Assembly (NCBI GenBank): GCA_013044035.1
Contig: JABEVE010000004.1
Location: forward strand, 7,588 to 71,587
Direction: 5' to 3'
DNA from: Burkholderiales bacterium
GTDB taxonomy: Bacteria > Pseudomonadota > Gammaproteobacteria > Burkholderiales > Burkholderiaceae_C
DNA length: 64,000 bases
Part shown: positions 11,975 through 24,764 of the stretch, in pieces
How positions within the stretch are numbered: position 1 is the stretch's first letter
Layout: each line of letters opens with the position of its first letter
Position numbers and translations under genes: made by a program
The notes under the pieces: generated by a model
The model's database searches: none
What the model saw: the letters and a program-made list of their open reading frames with translations, nothing else
What the model was told of the DNA's origin: nothing

Positions 11975-13279
11975 ATGAATGCAAAACTGAATGCCGTCAA
12001 AGGCATGAATGATCTGTTGCCGCCGCGATCGGCAGTCTGGGAGTGGTTCGAGTCCCAGGTGCGCGAACTCATGCGCGCCTACGGCTATCGCAACATCCGC
12101 ACCCCCATCGTCGAGCCCACGGCGTTGTTCGTGCGTGGCATCGGCGAAGTGACCGACATCGTCGAGAAAGAGATGTACAGCTTCACTGACGCGCTCAATG
12201 GCGAGCAGCTCACCTTGCGGCCGGAGAACACCGCCGCCGTGGTGCGTGCCTGCATCGAGCACAACCTGCTGTACGACGGCGGCAAGCGCCTTTGGTACAC
12301 CGGGCCGATGTTCCGCCACGAGCGCCCGCAGCGCGGTCGCTACCGCCAGTTCCATCAGGTGGGTGCCGAAGCCCTGGGTTTCGCCGGGCCGGATGTCGAC
12401 GCCGAGCTCATGTTGATGGTGCGCCGCTTGTGGCAGTTGCTGGGTTTGCGCGATGTGCGCCTCGAGATCAACTGCCTGGGTGAGCCCGAGGAGCGACAGC
12501 GCCACCGACTCAAACTCATCAGCTATTTCGAGCAGCATCAGAACGAGCTGGATGACGATGCGCGCCGCCGGCTGCACAGCAATCCGCTGCGCATTCTCGA
12601 CACGAAGAATCCGCAGATGCAAGCGCTGGTGAATGCCGCGCCGCGCCTGATCGATGAACTCGGCGAAACATCCCTGACACACTTCCATGGCGTGCAGGCC
12701 TTGCTGCGTGCAGCCGGGCAGGATTTCAGCGTCAACCCGCGTTTGGTGCGGGGGCTGGACTACTACAACCTCACGGTGTTCGAGTGGATCACTGACCGTC
12801 TGGGCGCGCAGGGCACGGTGTGCGCGGGTGGACGCTACGACGGTTTGATCGAGCAGATCGGTGGCAAGCCGGCGCCAGCCTGCGGCTGGGCGCTGGGAGT
12901 TGAGCGGGTGCTCGATCTGTTGGAGCAGGCGGGCATGCAGCTTCCAGCCCTGGAGCCGCACGTCTACATCGTTCTGGCGCATGCTCCAGCCCTGGACGTC
13001 GCCATGCAAACCGCAGAACGCCTGCGTGCAGCAGGCCTGCATGTCGTGCTGCATGCTGGCGGCGGCGGGATGAAATCACAGATGAAAAAAGCCGATGCCA
13101 GCGCTGCGCGCCATGCGCTCATCTTCGGCGCGGAAGAGTTCGCCGCCGGAGTCGTGACGGTCAAATCCTTGCGTCAAAACCAGAGGGAAGCCAGCCAGCA
13201 GTGCCTGGTTGCGCTCCAGCCGCCGGAGGTTCTGATCGAACACCTCGCTGCCTCTCCGCCCCCAGCCTCGGCCCCCTAG
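11975..13279 (+). CDS. hisS: Histidine--tRNA ligase
   Basis: [48 protein letters not shown]. Confidence 0.97.
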   Translation: MNAKLNAVKGMNDLLPPRSAVWEWFESQVRELMRAYGYRNIRTPIVEPTALFVRGIGEVTDIVEKEMYSFTDALNGEQLTLRPENTAAVVRACIEHNLLYDGGKRLWYTGPMFRHERPQRGRYRQFHQVGAEALGFAGPDVDAELMLMVRRLWQLLGLRDVRLEINCLGEPEERQRHRLKLISYFEQHQNELDDDARRRLHSNPLRILDTKNPQMQALVNAAPRLIDELGETSLTHFHGVQALLRAAGQDFSVNPRLVRGLDYYNLTVFEWITDRLGAQGTVCAGGRYDGLIEQIGGKPAPACGWALGVERVLDLLEQAGMQLPALEPHVYIVLAHAPALDVAMQTAERLRAAGLHVVLHAGGGGMKSQMKKADASAARHALIFGAEEFAAGVVTVKSLRQNQREASQQCLVALQPPEVLIEHLAASPPPASAP

Positions 13280-13309
13280 AATGGCGCGCTGCACTGAACG
13301 CCAAAATCC

Positions 13310-13948
13310 ATGAGCTACAACCTCGAAGAACAAGACCAAATCGAAAGCCTGCGTGACTTTTGGGGCCGCTGGGGGACGCCGATTTCGTCTCTCGTGCTGA
13401 TCGTCGCCCTCGCCTGGGCCGGTTATGCCGGCTGGCAATGGTGGCAAGTGCGTCAAACCACCCAGGCATCCGCCCTGTTCGCCCAGATCAGCAAGGAGCT
13501 TCAGGCCGGTGATTTGCCAAAAGCGGCTCCTGCCTGGACCGATTTGCAGAATAAATTTTCCTCCAGTCCCTATGCACAAATGGGTGGTTTGAGAATGGCC
13601 AAGGCCTATGCCGATGCGGGTCAGACGGCCGCGGCCGAAGACTTGCTGCACTGGACCTCCGAGCATGCTGAAAGCACGTCTTACCGCGCCATGGCCTTGC
13701 TCAATCTGTCGGCACTGCAGGTTGATGCCAAACAGCTCCAGGCAGCGCTGGCCACGGTGAAGCAGTCTCCCGCTCCGGCGTTCGACGCGCTGTTCGCAAC
13801 GCGCCGTGGCGACATCGAAGTGCTGCTCGGGAAGCCGCAAGAGGCGCGCAAGTCCTACGAGGATGCGCTGCGGCTGCTTCCGGCTGATTCCAGCTACCGT
13901 CAGTTGGTGCAAATCAAGCTGCAGAGCGTTGGGGGCCTGGCATCATGA
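13310..13948 (+). CDS. yfgM: YfgM family TPR-like membrane protein
   Basis: YNLEEQDQIESLRDFW start, single TM, TPR-like helices; between hisS and bamB. Confidence 0.88.
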   Translation: MSYNLEEQDQIESLRDFWGRWGTPISSLVLIVALAWAGYAGWQWWQVRQTTQASALFAQISKELQAGDLPKAAPAWTDLQNKFSSSPYAQMGGLRMAKAYADAGQTAAAEDLLHWTSEHAESTSYRAMALLNLSALQVDAKQLQAALATVKQSPAPAFDALFATRRGDIEVLLGKPQEARKSYEDALRLLPADSSYRQLVQIKLQSVGGLAS

Positions 13949-15072
13949 TGCGCACTCTGGTTGGTGTTCTTGCGGCAAGTTCCGCCTTGTTGCTGGCCTC
14001 CTGCGCATCCGGGCCGAAGCTGCCGGATCCCACTCCACTGACTCCGGTCGCGTCCATCCTGCAGGCGAAAACGGCCTGGAGAACGCGTATCGGCCCGGTT
14101 CCAGCCACGTTCTCGACCGCCGTTGCTGCTGGCAGCGTGGTGGTCGCCTCGAGCAACGGTACGGTGGAACGCCTGGATGCAAGAACCGGGCACACCCTGT
14201 GGAGCAGCAGAATTGCCGGTGGCATCAGCGCCGGCACGGGCAGCGACGGCACGTTCACGGCCGTGGTCAACACGCACAACCAGGTTGTATCAATCGGACC
14301 GCAAGGGCAGGTGTTGTGGCTGTACCAACTGCCCACGAGTGTGATCACCGCGCCGGCGGTGGTAGACGGAACCATCGTCGTTCAAGGCGCCGACCAGCGT
14401 CTATGGGCATTCAATGCCGCGAATGGGCAAAAGCTCTGGACTGCTGACTCGCGCCCTCCAGCGCTGCTGTTGCAACAGGCTTCCGGCATCACCCCGCAGG
14501 GGGGCAGCCTACTGTTGGGGACGGCGCTGGGACGGATCGAATCCATCTCCGTGGCAACGGGCGCAGTGCAGTGGCAGGCCACTCTGGCGCGACCACGCGG
14601 CATCACCGAAGTCGAGCGTGTGGTGGACATCACCGGAGCGCCATCGGTCGCGGCATCTATGGTGTGCGCCCGCGCGTACCAATCGGTCGTGGGTTGTGCC
14701 GATCTCGACACCGGGCGCCTGCTCTGGACCGACAAGGCCGACGGGGATACCGGCATCAGCCAGAATGGCGATGTGCTCCTCGCCACACAGGGCGATGGCG
14801 TGGTGCAGGCTTACAACGCCGTGGATGGCGCCAAGCGCTGGAGCAACGACCAGCTCAAGTACCGCAATCTGAGCGCGCCGCTGCTGGTGGGTGTCACGGT
14901 TGCGGTGGGTGATTACCAGGGCTACATCACCTTCCTGTCGGCCAAGGACGGCAAGCTCATCGGCCGCGTCAGCACCGACGGAGCAGCGATTCATTCGCCT
15001 CTGGTCATCTCCGGCAACACTGTCGTGGCCGCCACTGCGGATGGTGGTGTTTTCGGTTTCCTCCCGCAATGA
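13945..15072 (+). CDS. bamB: Outer membrane protein assembly factor BamB
   Basis: Lipobox LLASC, PQQ-like propeller repeats, [11 protein letters not shown]. Confidence 0.92.
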   Translation: MMRTLVGVLAASSALLLASCASGPKLPDPTPLTPVASILQAKTAWRTRIGPVPATFSTAVAAGSVVVASSNGTVERLDARTGHTLWSSRIAGGISAGTGSDGTFTAVVNTHNQVVSIGPQGQVLWLYQLPTSVITAPAVVDGTIVVQGADQRLWAFNAANGQKLWTADSRPPALLLQQASGITPQGGSLLLGTALGRIESISVATGAVQWQATLARPRGITEVERVVDITGAPSVAASMVCARAYQSVVGCADLDTGRLLWTDKADGDTGISQNGDVLLATQGDGVVQAYNAVDGAKRWSNDQLKYRNLSAPLLVGVTVAVGDYQGYITFLSAKDGKLIGRVSTDGAAIHSPLVISGNTVVAATADGGVFGFLPQ

Positions 15073-15097
15073 GTATGACCCTGGCAACTGCCTTCAC

Positions 15098-16522
15098 ATG
15101 ATCCCCGTCGTTGCTCTGGTGGGTCGCCCCAACGTGGGCAAGTCCACGCTGTTCAATCGCATCACGCGCTCGCGCGATGCGATCGTGGCCAATATTCCGG
15201 GCCTCACACGCGATCGTCACTACGCCAAAACGCAATGGGATGGCCAGTCCTTCCTCGTCGTCGATACCGGTGGCTTCGAGCCCGTGGTGGATGGCGGCAT
15301 CGTCGCCGAGATGGCCAAACAGACCAAGCAGGCCATCGCCGAATCGGACGTCGTCGTTTTCCTGACCGATGCCAGAACCGGATTGGCGCCGCAGGACCAA
15401 CGCATCGCCGCCTATCTGCGCAAGACCGGCAAGTCGGTGTTGCTGGCCGTGAACAAGGCCGAAGGCCTGCCGCCCACGGCCATGGCCGAGTTTCACGAAC
15501 TGGGGCTGGGTGTGCCCTTGCCGGTCAGCGCGGCACATGGCAGTGGTGTTGGCATGTTGCTCGATGCGGTTGGTGATCTGCTGCGTCCACCCGCGCCACC
15601 GCTGACCGAGGAAGGCGCAGCCGATGATGCCGCAACTGCGCTCGAGGCGGAATCGGCATTGCCCGATAGTGATAGTGTCACCCCCGAGGGTCCCGCCCTC
15701 AGCCTCCAACCGCGCGTCATCAAATTGGCGATTGTGGGTCGGCCCAATGTCGGGAAATCGACCCTGATCAACGCCTTGGTGGGTGAAGAGCGCGTGATTG
15801 CCTTCGATCAGCCCGGAACCACACGCGATGCGATCGAAGTGCCGTTCAGCCGCGATGGGGTGGAGTACATCCTGATCGACACTGCCGGTCTGCGGCGTAA
15901 AGGCAAGGTGTTCGAGACCATCGAGAAATTCTCGGTGCTGAAAACGCTTCAGGCGATCGAGTCCGCCAATGTCGTTGTGCTCTTGCTCGACGCCAGCGAA
16001 GGTGTGTCCGATCAGGACGCCCATATTGCCGGTTTCGCTGTGGAGTCAGGCCGTGCCGTGGTCGTGGCCTCGAACAAGTGGGACATGGTCGACGACTACC
16101 AGCGGCACCAGTTCAGCCACGCCCTCGTCGAGCGCCTGCCGTTTCTCGGTTTTGCCCGTCAACACGAAATTTCCGCCCTTTCACGCAAGGGTCTGTCGGC
16201 CGTGCTCAGATCCGTGAACGAGGCTTACAAGGCGGCATTCGCCAAGATGTCCACTCCCAAACTCACGCGTGCCTTGCAAGAGGCGGTCGCCTTCCAGCAA
16301 CCACCGCGCGCCGGTACCGTCAGGCCCAAACTGCGCTATGCCCACCAGGGTGGCCAAAACCCTCCTGTCATCGTCATCCACGGCAACGCACTGGATCGGG
16401 TGCCCAACAGCTACACGCGCTACCTGGAGTCGCGTTTTTCAAGGGCTTTCAAGCTCAGCGGAACCCCGCTTCGGGTGGAATATCGGTCCTCCAGCAATCC
16501 CTACGCCACGGAGCGCTGGTGA
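15098..16522 (+). CDS. der: Ribosome biogenesis GTPase Der (EngA)
   Basis: Tandem G domains (two [16 protein letters not shown]), C-terminal KH-like domain. Confidence 0.97.
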   Translation: MIPVVALVGRPNVGKSTLFNRITRSRDAIVANIPGLTRDRHYAKTQWDGQSFLVVDTGGFEPVVDGGIVAEMAKQTKQAIAESDVVVFLTDARTGLAPQDQRIAAYLRKTGKSVLLAVNKAEGLPPTAMAEFHELGLGVPLPVSAAHGSGVGMLLDAVGDLLRPPAPPLTEEGAADDAATALEAESALPDSDSVTPEGPALSLQPRVIKLAIVGRPNVGKSTLINALVGEERVIAFDQPGTTRDAIEVPFSRDGVEYILIDTAGLRRKGKVFETIEKFSVLKTLQAIESANVVVLLLDASEGVSDQDAHIAGFAVESGRAVVVASNKWDMVDDYQRHQFSHALVERLPFLGFARQHEISALSRKGLSAVLRSVNEAYKAAFAKMSTPKLTRALQEAVAFQQPPRAGTVRPKLRYAHQGGQNPPVIVIHGNALDRVPNSYTRYLESRFSRAFKLSGTPLRVEYRSSSNPYATERW

Positions 16523-16645
16523 CCGCCGTTGGCAGTCACTTTGGCAAAATTTCCCGATTGTTTGACAAGCCTGCGTCGACAAGGGTTTGTGCTATGTTCA
16601 ACAGCAGTTTGCAGTTTTCGCACACAATCACAACTGGAGTTTTTC

Positions 16646-16891
16646 ATGAGTAACAAAGGGCAGTTGCTACAAGACCCCTTTTTGAACCTGCTGCGCAAGG
16701 AGCATGTTCAGGTTTCGATTTACTTGGTCAACGGCATCAAACTGCAAGGCCATATCGAATCGTTTGACCAATATGTGGTCCTGTTGCGCAATACCGTGAC
16801 GCAGATGGTTTACAAGCATGCGATTTCTACCGTTGTGCCGGCCCGTCCCGTGAGTTTCAACGTCGGTGAGTCTGAGTCAGACGCGGCCTGA
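16646..16891 (+). CDS. hfq: RNA chaperone Hfq
   Basis: [27 protein letters not shown]. Confidence 0.98.
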   Translation: MSNKGQLLQDPFLNLLRKEHVQVSIYLVNGIKLQGHIESFDQYVVLLRNTVTQMVYKHAISTVVPARPVSFNVGESESDAA

Positions 16892-18023
16892 GGCTACCCC
16901 CGGCGCAGTGCTTGTCGGGGTCGACACTGGGCAGCCCAACCCCGATTCCACGCTTGGCGAGTTGCGTGAGTTGGCGTTATCGGCAGGCCTGCTTCCGTCC
17001 GCCAGTATGTGGAGCACTCGTCGTCGCCTCGACCCTGCGCTGTATATCGGCAGCGGCAAGGTGGCCGAACTCAAGCAGCAGGTGCTGGATAACCAGGCCT
17101 CTTGCGTGCTCTTCGACAATCCCTTGTCTCCTGTACAGCAACGCAATCTCGAGCGTGAGCTTGGTGTTTCTGTCTGGGATCGAACGGCGCTGATCCTGGA
17201 GATTTTCGCGCGCCGCGCTCGCAGCGGCGAGGGCAAATTGCAAGTTGAATTGGCACGACTGCGTCATGCGGCAACCCGCCTGGTTCGTGGCTGGACGCAC
17301 CTCGAGCGCCAGCAAGGAGGCATTGGCCTGCGCGGAGGCCCGGGTGAAAAGCAGATCGAACTGGATCGCCGCATGCTGGAAGACAAAATCAAGAACCTGC
17401 AAACGCGGCTGCACAAGCTCGAACGCCAGCGCCTCACACAGCGCCGTGCTCGCGCCCGAGCGGGACAGCTGCGCGTTTCCATCGTCGGCTACACCAACGC
17501 AGGCAAGAGCACCCTGTTCAATGCGCTGACGCATGCTCATGGCTATGTTGCCGACCAACTGTTCGCCACCTTGGACACGACCACGCGACGCGTATTTCTC
17601 GCGCCTGGTCGTTTCGCGGTGGTATCCGACACCGTGGGTTTCATCCGCGATTTGCCGCACCCGCTGGTCGATGCTTTCAAGGCCACCCTGGACGAAACCG
17701 TGGACGCCGACGTCTTGCTCCATGTGGTCGACCTGTCGAACGAGCAACGTGAGCAGCAGATTGAGCAAGTCAACGACGTCCTGGCGGAGATCGGCGCCGA
17801 GGACATCCCGCAAATCCTGATCTACAACAAAATCGACAAACTCCAAGTTCCCGTTCCGTTTACAGTTCGTTACGGAGCGCATGCCGGATTTGGTGATCGT
17901 GATAGGATCAAAAGCTTTGACGTCAGCGCCTTGACAGGTGCGGGCGTCGATACGATTAGGGAGTATCTGGCGGGCCTGATTGCCCGCGGTGAAACCGACA
18001 CCAATCCCACTCTCCACGCTTGA
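16866..18023 (+). CDS. hflX: GTPase HflX (start approximate)
   Basis: [36 protein letters not shown]. Confidence 0.95.
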   Translation: MSLSQTRPEATPGAVLVGVDTGQPNPDSTLGELRELALSAGLLPSASMWSTRRRLDPALYIGSGKVAELKQQVLDNQASCVLFDNPLSPVQQRNLERELGVSVWDRTALILEIFARRARSGEGKLQVELARLRHAATRLVRGWTHLERQQGGIGLRGGPGEKQIELDRRMLEDKIKNLQTRLHKLERQRLTQRRARARAGQLRVSIVGYTNAGKSTLFNALTHAHGYVADQLFATLDTTTRRVFLAPGRFAVVSDTVGFIRDLPHPLVDAFKATLDETVDADVLLHVVDLSNEQREQQIEQVNDVLAEIGAEDIPQILIYNKIDKLQVPVPFTVRYGAHAGFGDRDRIKSFDVSALTGAGVDTIREYLAGLIARGETDTNPTLHA

Positions 18024-18040
18024 CATCCAACGCCTTCACC

Positions 18041-19450
18041 ATGCAACTCAAGTGGCCCCGAGCGGCGACATCTGCCGCTTCTGCCTCGCCCGAAGCCAGC
18101 CGGAATTTGAACGATCCCAACTGGGGGCGAGGCGGTTCGGACCAACCGCCCCAAAGCCCCGATCCCAAGAACGGTAACGGCACGGGTCAGGGTGACAAGC
18201 GTCCGGGTCAGGACGGCAAGCGTCCTGGTCAAGGCAGTGGCCCGCCGGATCTCGACGAACTGTGGCGCGACTTCAATCGCAAGCTCAATGGTCTGTTTGG
18301 CCGCAAGGGCCGCGGCGGTGGCGGCTTCAAACCTCCGCGCAGGCCCGACTTCCAGACCTCGCCCAAGATTGCAGGCTTGGGGCTCATCATCCTGGTTGTC
18401 GTTCTGGTGCTGGCTTGGCTCGGTTCCGGCTTCTTCATCGTGCAGGAAGGTCAGCAGGCCGTCGTCACGCGCTTTGGCAAGCTTGCTTACATCGAAGAGG
18501 CGGGTTTTCACTGGCGTCTGCCTTATCCCATCGAGTCCGAGGAAATCGTCAACGTGTCGCAAGTGCGCTCGGTCGAAATTGGCCGTGGAGGAGAAATTCG
18601 CACCACCGGACTGCCGGCTTCGGCCATGTTGACCGAGGATGAGAACATCGTCGACATCCGCTTTGCCGTGCAGTACCGCATCAGCAATGTGGTGAACTAC
18701 CTCTACAGCAATCGCAGCCCTGACGATGTGGTGACACAGGCTGCCGAAACCGCCATCCGTGAAGTGGTCGGCAACAAGACCCTGGACTACGTGCTGTACG
18801 AGGGCCGCGCGGAAGTCGCGATCAAGGTGCAGGATTTGATCCAGTCCATACTGGATCGCTACAAGACCGGGATTCTGGTGACCAACGTCACGCTCCAAAG
18901 CGTGCAGCCACCGGAGCAGGTGCAATCCGCCTTCAACGATGCCATCAAAGCCGGCCAGGACCGTGAGCGTTTGAAGAACGAGGCCGAAGCCTACGCCAAC
19001 GACGTGGTGCCGCGTGCCAAGGGCACCGCTTCGCGCTTGATCCAGGAAGCCGAGGGCTACAAGGCTCGAGTCGTGGCGGAAGCGCAAGGTGACAGCTCGC
19101 GTTTCGATCTCATCTTGCAGCAGTACGAAAAGGCACCGCAAGTGACGCGTGAACGCATGTACCTGGAAACCATGCAGCACATCTTGTCGAACGTGAGCAA
19201 GGTGATGGTGGAGTCGCGCGGCTCAAACAACCTGCTGTACCTGCCGCTCGACAAACTCCTGCAACAGGGCGCAGCGCCGCGGCCGGTGACGCCGACACGT
19301 TCGGCAGCGGCAGGCCTGCCGCTGCCCAATCTGCCCGCCTCCGCGCCCGCAGCCGGCGACAGCGCGGCCGCATTGGTGAGTTCCAACCCCGTTGCTAACG
19401 CCTCAGACAGCAGTTCGCGCGACAGCCTGCGCGAGCGCAACTCCCGCTGA
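18041..19450 (+). CDS. hflK: FtsH protease modulator HflK
   Basis: GPPDLDELWRDFNRKL, TM then SPFH domain, MLTEDENIVD. Confidence 0.95.
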   Translation: MQLKWPRAATSAASASPEASRNLNDPNWGRGGSDQPPQSPDPKNGNGTGQGDKRPGQDGKRPGQGSGPPDLDELWRDFNRKLNGLFGRKGRGGGGFKPPRRPDFQTSPKIAGLGLIILVVVLVLAWLGSGFFIVQEGQQAVVTRFGKLAYIEEAGFHWRLPYPIESEEIVNVSQVRSVEIGRGGEIRTTGLPASAMLTEDENIVDIRFAVQYRISNVVNYLYSNRSPDDVVTQAAETAIREVVGNKTLDYVLYEGRAEVAIKVQDLIQSILDRYKTGILVTNVTLQSVQPPEQVQSAFNDAIKAGQDRERLKNEAEAYANDVVPRAKGTASRLIQEAEGYKARVVAEAQGDSSRFDLILQQYEKAPQVTRERMYLETMQHILSNVSKVMVESRGSNNLLYLPLDKLLQQGAAPRPVTPTRSAAAGLPLPNLPASAPAAGDSAAALVSSNPVANASDSSSRDSLRERNSR

Positions 19451-19459
19451 GGTCCAGTC

Positions 19460-20362
19460 ATGAACCGAATCATTCTTGCCATCGTTGCCCTGGCCGTCGT
19501 TCTGGGCATCCTTGTGTCCTCCATGTTCGTCGTCGATCAGCGGCAATACGCCGCAGTCTTTGCTCTGGGCGAAATCAAGCGGGTGATCAAGTCGCCCGGG
19601 CTGAACTTCAAATGGCCAGCTCCCTTGGAGAACGTGGTGTTTCTGGACAAGCGCGTGCTGACGCTGCAAAGTCCCGAAACCGACCGTTTCATCACCGCGG
19701 AGAAGAAGAATGTGGTGGTCGATTGGTACCTGAAATGGCGCATCGTCAACCCCACCGAATTCATTCGCAGTTACGGTGGCAGCGAGCAGCGCGCCAACGA
19801 TCGCCTCTATCAGATCGTGAAGGCTGCGTTGAATGAACAGATCACGCGTCGCACGGTCGGTCAGGTTCTGGCTTCCGAACGCGACAAAATCATGACCGAT
19901 GTGCAGAAAGTCATCACGCAATCCGTCAGCGGCACCGGCCTGCAAATCGTCGACATGCGCCTGACGCGGGTTGATTTCGTCGCCGACATCACGCAATCCG
20001 TGTACCGCCGCATGGCTGCAGAGCGCAAGCGTGTCGCCAATGAATTGCGTTCCACCGGTCAGGCCGAGGCTGAAAAAATTCGCGCTGAAGCCGACAAGCA
20101 ACGCGAAATCCTCATCGCAGATGCCTACAGCCGTGCCCAGACCGTCAAGGGCGAGGGTGACGCCAAGGCGTCGGAAATCTACGCCAAGGCCTTCGGCCAG
20201 AATCCGAAGTTCGCCGAGTTCTATCGCAGTCTGGAGGCTTATCGCGCGAGCTTCAACAGCCGCAACGACGTCGTCGTGCTCGACCCATCCTCCGCTTTTT
20301 TCCGCTTCTTTCGCAATCCAGACGGCGACGCCCCAGCGAAAGTAGGTCCGGCCCGACATTGA
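19460..20362 (+). CDS. hflC: FtsH protease modulator HflC
   Basis: TM, SPFH domain, RMAAERKRVANELRS, FYRSLEAY. Confidence 0.95.
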   Translation: MNRIILAIVALAVVLGILVSSMFVVDQRQYAAVFALGEIKRVIKSPGLNFKWPAPLENVVFLDKRVLTLQSPETDRFITAEKKNVVVDWYLKWRIVNPTEFIRSYGGSEQRANDRLYQIVKAALNEQITRRTVGQVLASERDKIMTDVQKVITQSVSGTGLQIVDMRLTRVDFVADITQSVYRRMAAERKRVANELRSTGQAEAEKIRAEADKQREILIADAYSRAQTVKGEGDAKASEIYAKAFGQNPKFAEFYRSLEAYRASFNSRNDVVVLDPSSAFFRFFRNPDGDAPAKVGPARH

Positions 20363-20529
20363 GCGCAGACATGGCGCTGCCGCGCCCGGCGCCATGTCCA
20401 CGAGCACGACGCATCGTCTTCGCTGACCCAGCAGATGAGTATCCCTGGTGCCACACGACTGTCGGGTCTGCAGGGCCTGCGACCTAGAATGCCGGCTTGA
20501 TCTCAGCAAGCATCCATTTCCCACCGCTC

Positions 20530-21693
20530 ATGACCGCCTGGCTCCTGCCCGAGCAATTTTCCGACGTGCTGCCAGCCGAGGCGCGCGCGATTGAACAGTT
20601 GCGCCGCATTGTGTTGGATGCCGCGCGTGGCTATGGTTACGAGCTGGTCATTCCACCGCTGGTCGAGTATGTGGATTCGCTGCTTTCCGGCACGGGACAG
20701 GATCTCGATCTGCAGACCTTCAAGCTGGTCGACCAGTTGTCCGGGCGCACGCTCGGATTGCGCGCCGACATGACGCCGCAAGCCACCCGCATCGACACGC
20801 ATCTGCTCAATCGCCGCGGCATCGTGCGCCTGTGCTACTGCGGCAGTGTGGTGCACACGCGGGCCCAGGGTGTGTTTGCCACACGCGAGCCGCTGCAGTT
20901 CGGTGCCGAGTTCTATGGTCATGCCGGGTTGGACGCCGATCGCGAGGTCCAGCAGTTGGCCGTGCGCAGCCTGCAATTGGGGGGTGTGCAGCGTATGACC
21001 CTGACCTTGTCCGATGTGCGCATCGTCCGCGGCGTGCTTGCCGGAATGGTCGCGGGACCCCAACAGTTGGGCGAGATTCTCGAAGCCCTGTCGCGCAAGG
21101 ACCATGCGCGACTGCTGGAGTTGACACAGGCTGCAGCGCCGACGCAGCGCGATGCCATTCTCGCGTTGCCCGACTTGTTTGGCGATGCTGCAATCCTGAA
21201 GCGGGCCGCCAAGGCCCTGCCGGATCGTCCGCTGATTCGTGAGGCACTGGCTGATTTGGCGCATCTGGCCGCCACGCATGTGCATGCCGGGGTTGATGTT
21301 CAAATCGATCTGGCCGATCTGCGCGGCTACAACTACCACAGCGGCGTCATTTTCGGCCTTTATGCGCAGGGCCAGCCGGATGCCCTGGCCAGGGGAGGGC
21401 GCTATGACGAAATTGGCGCCACCTTCGGCCGTCCGCGCGCAGCCACCGGTTTTTCGCTGGATCTACGCGAGTTGGTGCGTCATGCACAGGCGCCGGACCC
21501 GACGCCGGCCATCAGGGCTGCATGGTCGCAACACCCCGGTTACGGTCGGGCTGTCCACGATCTGCGGCAGCGGGGGCACACCGTGATCGAGCTGCCTGAG
21601 GGCGCCGCGCTCGAAGGCAAGCAATTCCTATTCGACCGCCAACTGACCTGCACTGATGGTCAGTGGCAAGTGCATTCCTATTCCCCCAGTTGA
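20530..21693 (+). CDS. hisZ: ATP phosphoribosyltransferase regulatory subunit
   Basis: WLLPEQFSDVLP, LRADMTPQ, GGRYD; directly before purA. Confidence 0.92.
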   Translation: MTAWLLPEQFSDVLPAEARAIEQLRRIVLDAARGYGYELVIPPLVEYVDSLLSGTGQDLDLQTFKLVDQLSGRTLGLRADMTPQATRIDTHLLNRRGIVRLCYCGSVVHTRAQGVFATREPLQFGAEFYGHAGLDADREVQQLAVRSLQLGGVQRMTLTLSDVRIVRGVLAGMVAGPQQLGEILEALSRKDHARLLELTQAAAPTQRDAILALPDLFGDAAILKRAAKALPDRPLIREALADLAHLAATHVHAGVDVQIDLADLRGYNYHSGVIFGLYAQGQPDALARGGRYDEIGATFGRPRAATGFSLDLRELVRHAQAPDPTPAIRAAWSQHPGYGRAVHDLRQRGHTVIELPEGAALEGKQFLFDRQLTCTDGQWQVHSYSPS

Positions 21694-23061
<1,368 letters not shown>

Positions 23062-23111
23062 GTCGCGCAGAACCATCCCCCACTCCCATCCTCTCACCGG
23101 CCCTATCCATC

Positions 23112-23636
23112 ATGCTCAGCGAAGACGGCAAGCACATGTATGTGTCCTGGGACGAATACCACGCCCTGATCGAAAAACTTGCGCTCAAGGTCTACAAGTC
23201 GGGCTGGGACTTCGATCAGATTTTGTGCCTCGCCAGGGGCGGCGCCAGGCCTGGCGACATCCTGTCGCGAGTGTTTGACAAACCTCTAGCCATCATGTCC
23301 ACCAGTTCCTACAGAGAAGCCGCAGGCACCAAGCAGGGGCGCTTGGATATTGCCAACTACATCACGCTGCCGCGTGGCGAGCTCGAAGGGCGTGTCTTGC
23401 TGGTGGATGATTTGGCCGATTCGGGTGAAACCCTGAAGGCCGTGGCGGATCGCCTCCTACACAGCCCGCTCAAGATCAGCGAGATGCGCACTGCCGTGAT
23501 CTGGGTCAAGGGCATTTCAACGGTTCTGCCGGACTACTACGTCGACATGTTGCCTTCCAGCCCCTGGATTCACCAGCCATTCGAGGAATACGACAGCTTG
23601 CGGCCATCCAAATTGGCTGAGCGTTGGAAGATCTGA
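23112..23636 (+). CDS. Purine phosphoribosyltransferase (Gpt-like)
   Basis: LARGG, PRPP motif VLLVDDLADSGETL, WIHQPFE. Confidence 0.9.
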   Translation: MLSEDGKHMYVSWDEYHALIEKLALKVYKSGWDFDQILCLARGGARPGDILSRVFDKPLAIMSTSSYREAAGTKQGRLDIANYITLPRGELEGRVLLVDDLADSGETLKAVADRLLHSPLKISEMRTAVIWVKGISTVLPDYYVDMLPSSPWIHQPFEEYDSLRPSKLAERWKI

Positions 23637-23645
23637 AACAACATC

Positions 23646-23666
23646 TGGTGGGGAGGGGGACTCGAA
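23646..23666 (-). repeat. Distal att site: displaced copy of tRNA-Leu 3' end with 2-bp deletion
   Basis: TGGTG--GGGAGGGGGACTCGAA versus TGGTGCCGGGAGGGGGACTCGAA at 44130-44152. Confidence 0.9.
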
Positions 23667-23707
23667 AAAATCACGCAAGTCCTTGGCACACAAAGCAAAA
23701 TACGCTT

Positions 23708-23740
23708 CCAGTAACTCAGACTTACTCCCCGACTTACTGG
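23708..23740. repeat. Putative integrase arm-type sites at the distal end
   Basis: CCAGTAAC at 23708 and CTTACT at 23721 and 23733 (12-bp spacing); same CAGTAAC word recurs at 43931-44014. Confidence 0.65.
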
Positions 23741-23872
23741 AAAAAAGGCGGAAAATTTATCCGCCCCAATCAAACTTTGGTCATCAGGCCGTTGCGCGGG
23801 ATTATAGACCACGGCATAGGGGAATTATTGCGCACGCTTGCGTAAGAATTGGAACCTGATAGAGTTATGAAC

Positions 23873-24199
23873 ATGAACACCTTGCAGGCCAAACTCACCC
23901 AAGCAGCCGGCGCGAAATACCGCGCCCAGGCCGACTTTGGCATGAGGTTTGGAATCTGCAGGATGCTTTTTATGCCGCGTGGCCTTGGCGGCGGCGACCT
24001 GCTGGCCTTGGGCGCTGCCGCGGCCCTTGAGCCAAAACAAATCGCCGAGGCTCTTGCTGTGGCGAGCCTGAAAGCCAGCCACCAGCACGCGATGCCACCG
24101 CCGCCACCGGCCATCGGCATGCGCGCCTTGGCGTCGCTTGCCCTGACTCCCCGAATCCTGGCTCAAAAGCCCATCGCTACCCCGTCTCGCGCGGGGTAG
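23873..24199 (+). CDS. Hypothetical protein, possibly a leaderless regulator
   Basis: ORF with TTGCGT-N16-TAGAGT (23838-23865) 7 nt before the ATG and a terminator after it; no recognised domain. Confidence 0.45.
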   Translation: MNTLQAKLTQAAGAKYRAQADFGMRFGICRMLFMPRGLGGGDLLALGAAAALEPKQIAEALAVASLKASHQHAMPPPPPAIGMRALASLALTPRILAQKPIATPSRAG

Positions 24200-24220
24200 G
24201 CCTCTTTCTTTCATCTCAGT

Positions 24221-24259
24221 AAAAAGCCGCCCCGCGCACCGTGCGTCGGGCGGCTTTTT
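24221..24259. terminator. Bidirectional rho-independent terminator
   Basis: AAAAAGCCGCCC...GGGCGGCTTTTT. Confidence 0.8.
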
Positions 24260-24339
24260 GCTGTGCGCCGCCCGCCCGGCCGCGTGGGAGTGACGACCTA
24301 AAACCATCTTTTGGCGCACTGATTTTCACAGGTGTCGCG

Positions 24340-24555
24340 ATGGAAAACGAAGTGAAACGTGGCCTGGCTGAGCCAGCAGAGGCCCGGGCTTTTTTGAGGG
24401 TGAGCAGCACCACTTTGTGGCGGGCTCAGCAGGTCGGGGCACTGGTGCCAGTGAGATTGGGCCGGCATCTGCGCTATCGCTGGTCTGACTTGGAGCGCAT
24501 TGCCAGCGAGGGCTTGCCAAGCCTGGCCGGGGTCAAAAGGGGGGGCAAGCAATGA
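24340..24555 (+). CDS. AlpA/excisionase-like HTH protein
   Basis: 71 aa, EARAFLRVSSTTLWR..LVPVRLGRHLRYRWSDL winged-HTH pattern; heads the replication operon. Confidence 0.8.
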   Translation: MENEVKRGLAEPAEARAFLRVSSTTLWRAQQVGALVPVRLGRHLRYRWSDLERIASEGLPSLAGVKRGGKQ

Positions 24556-24764
24556 GCGGTGGCGAACGCAATCGCAATCGGTTCGCCACCGCGCGGGAGG
24601 TCGAAGCCTTGCGCCAGCGCATGGCGCGGGCCGCGCTCGAAGCCTTGTCGCAGGAGGCCCGCGCCGCGGCACTTGAGGCCGCCGAGCTCGGCGACGCCCT
24701 CGGCGAAATCGTGGCCTTGGCTTGGCTGCTCGAGGTCGGCGCCGACATGCGGGGGCTCACATGA
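24552..24764 (+). CDS. Hypothetical protein
   Basis: ATGA-coupled to neighbours on both sides. Confidence 0.6.
   Translation: MSGGERNRNRFATAREVEALRQRMARAALEALSQEARAAALEAAELGDALGEIVALAWLLEVGADMRGLT

Noticed and set aside
20363-20529. DUF2065 gene often found after hflC
   Set aside because: No suitable small hydrophobic ORF in the gap; simple absence, not a novel feature.
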